Below, piece by piece: positions 61,647-64,000 of a stretch of DNA of 64,000 nt (position 1 is its first letter; each line of letters begins with the position of its first letter). The notes under the pieces are model-generated. The model saw only the letters and a list, made by a program, of their open reading frames with translations. It was not told the origin of the DNA and made no database searches. The DNA lies in assembly GCA_963675755.2 (NCBI GenBank), contig CAXXMD010000002.1, positions 1 through 64,000 of the forward strand, given 5' to 3'. The position numbers and the translations under genes were made by a program. The DNA is from a bacterium. GTDB taxonomy: Bacteria > Zhuqueibacterota > Zhuqueibacteria > Residuimicrobiales > Krinioviventaceae.

Positions 61647-61700
61647 ACTGGCAGTAATAGAAAAATTAAAGACCATTCACTAAACAGGGTGTATGACGGG

Positions 61701-62123
61701 ATGATGAAAGAAAATATTAAATTAAAAAAAGCCAAATTGATCCTTGTTGGAACGATCGATTTTGGTGTTGTTGAAGGTCTTAAAGAACGTATGAAAGGTG
61801 CCAATTATGAGGTACATTTCGTTCAAAAAGGTATCAGCGTTTTATCAGAAATTCTGGATAATGATGTTGATTTACTTATTCTTGATCTTGAACTTGCAGG
61901 AATTATGGGTGTTGAAATTCTTCCTGTAATACGACGTTTGCGTCCACGTTTACCTGTGATTTTAATTACAGATGATTTTACAAACAGAGTTCGCAAAGTT
62001 GCCGCTGAACTTGGCATTACTTATCAGGCAAGTAAACCTATGTCTCCAAATGAAACTGAAGCTATTATTTCTGCAACTGAAAGTATTGTTGAAAAAAGCG
62101 CACTCAACACATTAGCTATATAA
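61701..62123 (+). CDS. Single-domain response regulator with degenerate acidic pocket
   Basis: LILD, ILIT and KP retained; VGTID replaces V(D/E)DD. Confidence 0.75.
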   Translation: MMKENIKLKKAKLILVGTIDFGVVEGLKERMKGANYEVHFVQKGISVLSEILDNDVDLLILDLELAGIMGVEILPVIRRLRPRLPVILITDDFTNRVRKVAAELGITYQASKPMSPNETEAIISATESIVEKSALNTLAI

Positions 62124-62135
62124 TTATATAGAATT

Positions 62136-62187
62136 AAAAAGCCACCGGTAAAATTTTGAATTCTTGATTTTGCCGGTGGCTTTTTTT
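62136..62187 (+). terminator. Intrinsic terminator
   Basis: AAAAAGCCACCGGTAAAAT...ATTTTGCCGGTGGCTTTTTTT. Confidence 0.8.
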
Positions 62188-62234
62188 GTTTACCCCCATT
62201 TATTATTTCATCCCCATGTTCAATTTTCAAGTGA

Positions 62235-62447
62235 TGTGACATACAGTCAACAGTATTTCATATATGTCCATTGTAATAACCAATTAGTAAACGAAAATGT
62301 AGTTATTTTGATGTTCATATGGCTCCGGACAAGTAGTAATGATTTTTTTGCAGTATATTAAGTTATTAAAAAACAATTAGTTAAAAATTTAATTTTCGTG
62401 TGTATTTGAATTGGTAAATATTTTAGATTTTTTGGCATAAACTCTGC
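62235..62447 (+). promoter_or_regulatory. Sigma54 promoter with upstream activator site and IHF-like site
   Basis: TGT-N12-ACA at 62235-62252; AAACAATTAGTTA at 62371-62383; TGGCATAAACTCTGC (GG-N10-GC) at 62433-62447. Confidence 0.6.
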
Positions 62448-62493
62448 TTTAGCAAGGGTAGAAAATAAAAAATGATTCAAGAAATAAAGATTT

Positions 62494-63798
62494 TTGAGGA
62501 GAGAAGTAATGAAATATAATCTGCGCAAATTTAACCGAATGAAACAGAATAGACGCGTTTTCAGTCTGTTTGGTCAGGCTCATTCTACGGTTCTCTCTTT
62601 TTTGTTTGTGTTATTCTTTTTTACTCAGGTTTATGCAGCAGGTTCTCTGGTAGCATCATGGAGCCCAAATGCTGAATCAGATCTCGCTGGATACAAAATC
62701 TATTATGGTACAACATCCGGTGATCAGACGAATTGGCAGATGAAAGATGTTGGTGATGTCAATCGTCATGTATTTCATGATCTGGTAGCAGGAGAAACTT
62801 ATTATATGGTTGTTACTGCATATGACTGGGCAGGAAATGAGAGTGATCCTTCAACTGAAGCCAGCGCTGTTGCAACAAATCGAGATGTTACAATTGCATA
62901 TACCGAAGAAAACGGATTGGTAATTACCTGGGATGCTGTAAGTGGTGCAACTGCATATGATATTTATAAAAGCTCAAGTGCATACTTTACACCAACAACA
63001 CCTTTAATTTCTGTAACGGGAACACAGTATACAGATAGTAATTTTTCACGTGAAGCTGATACTGGATCATATTATATAGTTACAGCTAAAGCTGATGCCA
63101 ATGAATTATTTACTTTTTCAACAATTGGTGCTTTAAATGTAAAGCTGAATGGTGCCAAAAATCTGGTATCTGTTCCTTTTATTACATCTGATTCAACTTT
63201 ATCAACTGTATTAGGTTCTCAACTTACGGGCAGCAGTTTTTCAAGTCAGGCTGACCGTGTAAGAGTTTGGAATGGAAGTGAATATGAAATGGCATGGTTG
63301 GTTGAAGGTACAGGTACAGCTTATGATGGTAAATGGCTGCGTAAAGCCGGTGATATGGAATCACCAATCAGACTTGTTCCTCAGCAGGCTTTTTGGATTG
63401 AACTGGTAAACCCGGTTCCAACCGATTCTGTAGTAACAGTTGCTGGTAGAGTTGCTGAAGATGCCAGTTATACATATCAATTAAATAGTGGTCCTAACTT
63501 TGTTGGTTCGTACTATCCTTCAGAAATAACATTGACTAACACCAATTTGGGATCAAGTGGAGCAGTAACCGGCGGTTTGAATGGTGCTGTATCTGATAAA
63601 ATTATGCATTGGCGTAATGTAAACGACTTTGACGTGGCCTGGCTTGTAGCTGGTTCTGGAACGAGCTGGGACGGGGAGTGGGTGAATGAGCGAGGTGATG
63701 CTCTTTCTAATATGACTTTCAAGGCAGGCCACGGCTATATTATTATGATTAAAAATGACAATACAACCCGTAACTGGCAGTTACCAAAACCCAATTAA
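62494..63798 (+). CDS. Secreted fibronectin type III domain protein (start may be ATG 62509)
   Basis: SW.PN.E.DLAGYKIYYG, YYMVVTAYD.AGNES; two internally repeated C-terminal beta modules (N.V..P...D....W....AW). Confidence 0.8.
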   Translation: MRREVMKYNLRKFNRMKQNRRVFSLFGQAHSTVLSFLFVLFFFTQVYAAGSLVASWSPNAESDLAGYKIYYGTTSGDQTNWQMKDVGDVNRHVFHDLVAGETYYMVVTAYDWAGNESDPSTEASAVATNRDVTIAYTEENGLVITWDAVSGATAYDIYKSSSAYFTPTTPLISVTGTQYTDSNFSREADTGSYYIVTAKADANELFTFSTIGALNVKLNGAKNLVSVPFITSDSTLSTVLGSQLTGSSFSSQADRVRVWNGSEYEMAWLVEGTGTAYDGKWLRKAGDMESPIRLVPQQAFWIELVNPVPTDSVVTVAGRVAEDASYTYQLNSGPNFVGSYYPSEITLTNTNLGSSGAVTGGLNGAVSDKIMHWRNVNDFDVAWLVAGSGTSWDGEWVNERGDALSNMTFKAGHGYIIMIKNDNTTRNWQLPKPN

Positions 63799-63831
63799 TA
63801 TTGGGACGAGATGTTAAAAGGAGTAATTGTG

Positions 63832-64000
63832 ATGAACAAAGCTTATACGATTATATTAGTAATATTTTTAACCATGCTGGTTGTGTCGGTACAGGCCGGA
63901 ACTTTGGAAGCTTTTTCCGATGAAGGTTGTGTTGATGTTAATGGTTCTACCTACCTTGTTGGAAGCAACAGTAGTGGTGATCTTGTACAATTGATCTGGA
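63832..64000 (+). CDS. Secreted protein, 5' part (runs off the window end)
   Basis: AGGAG RBS; MNKAYTIILVIFLTMLVVSVQA signal peptide; frame open to 64000. Confidence 0.75.
   Translation, partial: MNKAYTIILVIFLTMLVVSVQAGTLEAFSDEGCVDVNGSTYLVGSNSSGDLVQLIW

Noticed and set aside
1-64000. tRNA, rRNA, IS/transposase, integrase, reverse transcriptase, selenocysteine recoding
   Set aside because: None recognised; no in-frame TGA seen at a Cys-equivalent position.

Overview
AT-rich bacterial chromosomal window, probably from an anaerobic FCB-superphylum organism such as candidate phylum KSB1 or Calditrichota. This is inferred from proteins with 'L.QNYPNPFNP' C-terminal sorting domains, many Tat-exported sugar enzymes and sigma54 regulators. 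The main locus is an apparently intact type II-C CRISPR-Cas system: tracrRNA, a compact 1007-aa cas9, cas1, cas2 and a 21-repeat/20-spacer array (36-nt repeat). The array is transcribed towards the cas genes from its own promoter, with a boxA-like site and a leader that can fold back on repeat 1. Other content: a partial multiheme cytochrome c missing from the ORF track; a MacAB-like ABC operon ending in a Spy/CpxP-like gene; glycan enzymes (GH29, GH127, GH172, DUF1080 + Gfo/Idh/MocA); a split methionine-synthase/MtaA methyltransferase cluster; an orphan ArsR with four operator-like palindromes; an AraC + S74 fibre + dockerin + CTD cassette; displaced ylxR-ylxQ; and a two-kinase/NtrC/sigma54 module upstream of secreted Fn3 proteins. 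The best candidate for an undescribed element is a duplicated, covarying hairpin that displays an anti-Shine-Dalgarno loop (ACCUCCUUC) before a terminator. One copy is in the 3' UTR of the Spy/CpxP-like gene and one is in a stand-alone ~118-nt transcript with its own promoter; a related CCUCCUCC+terminator unit lies at ~32 kb. All calls come from reading motifs by eye; no database searches or folding programs were run.
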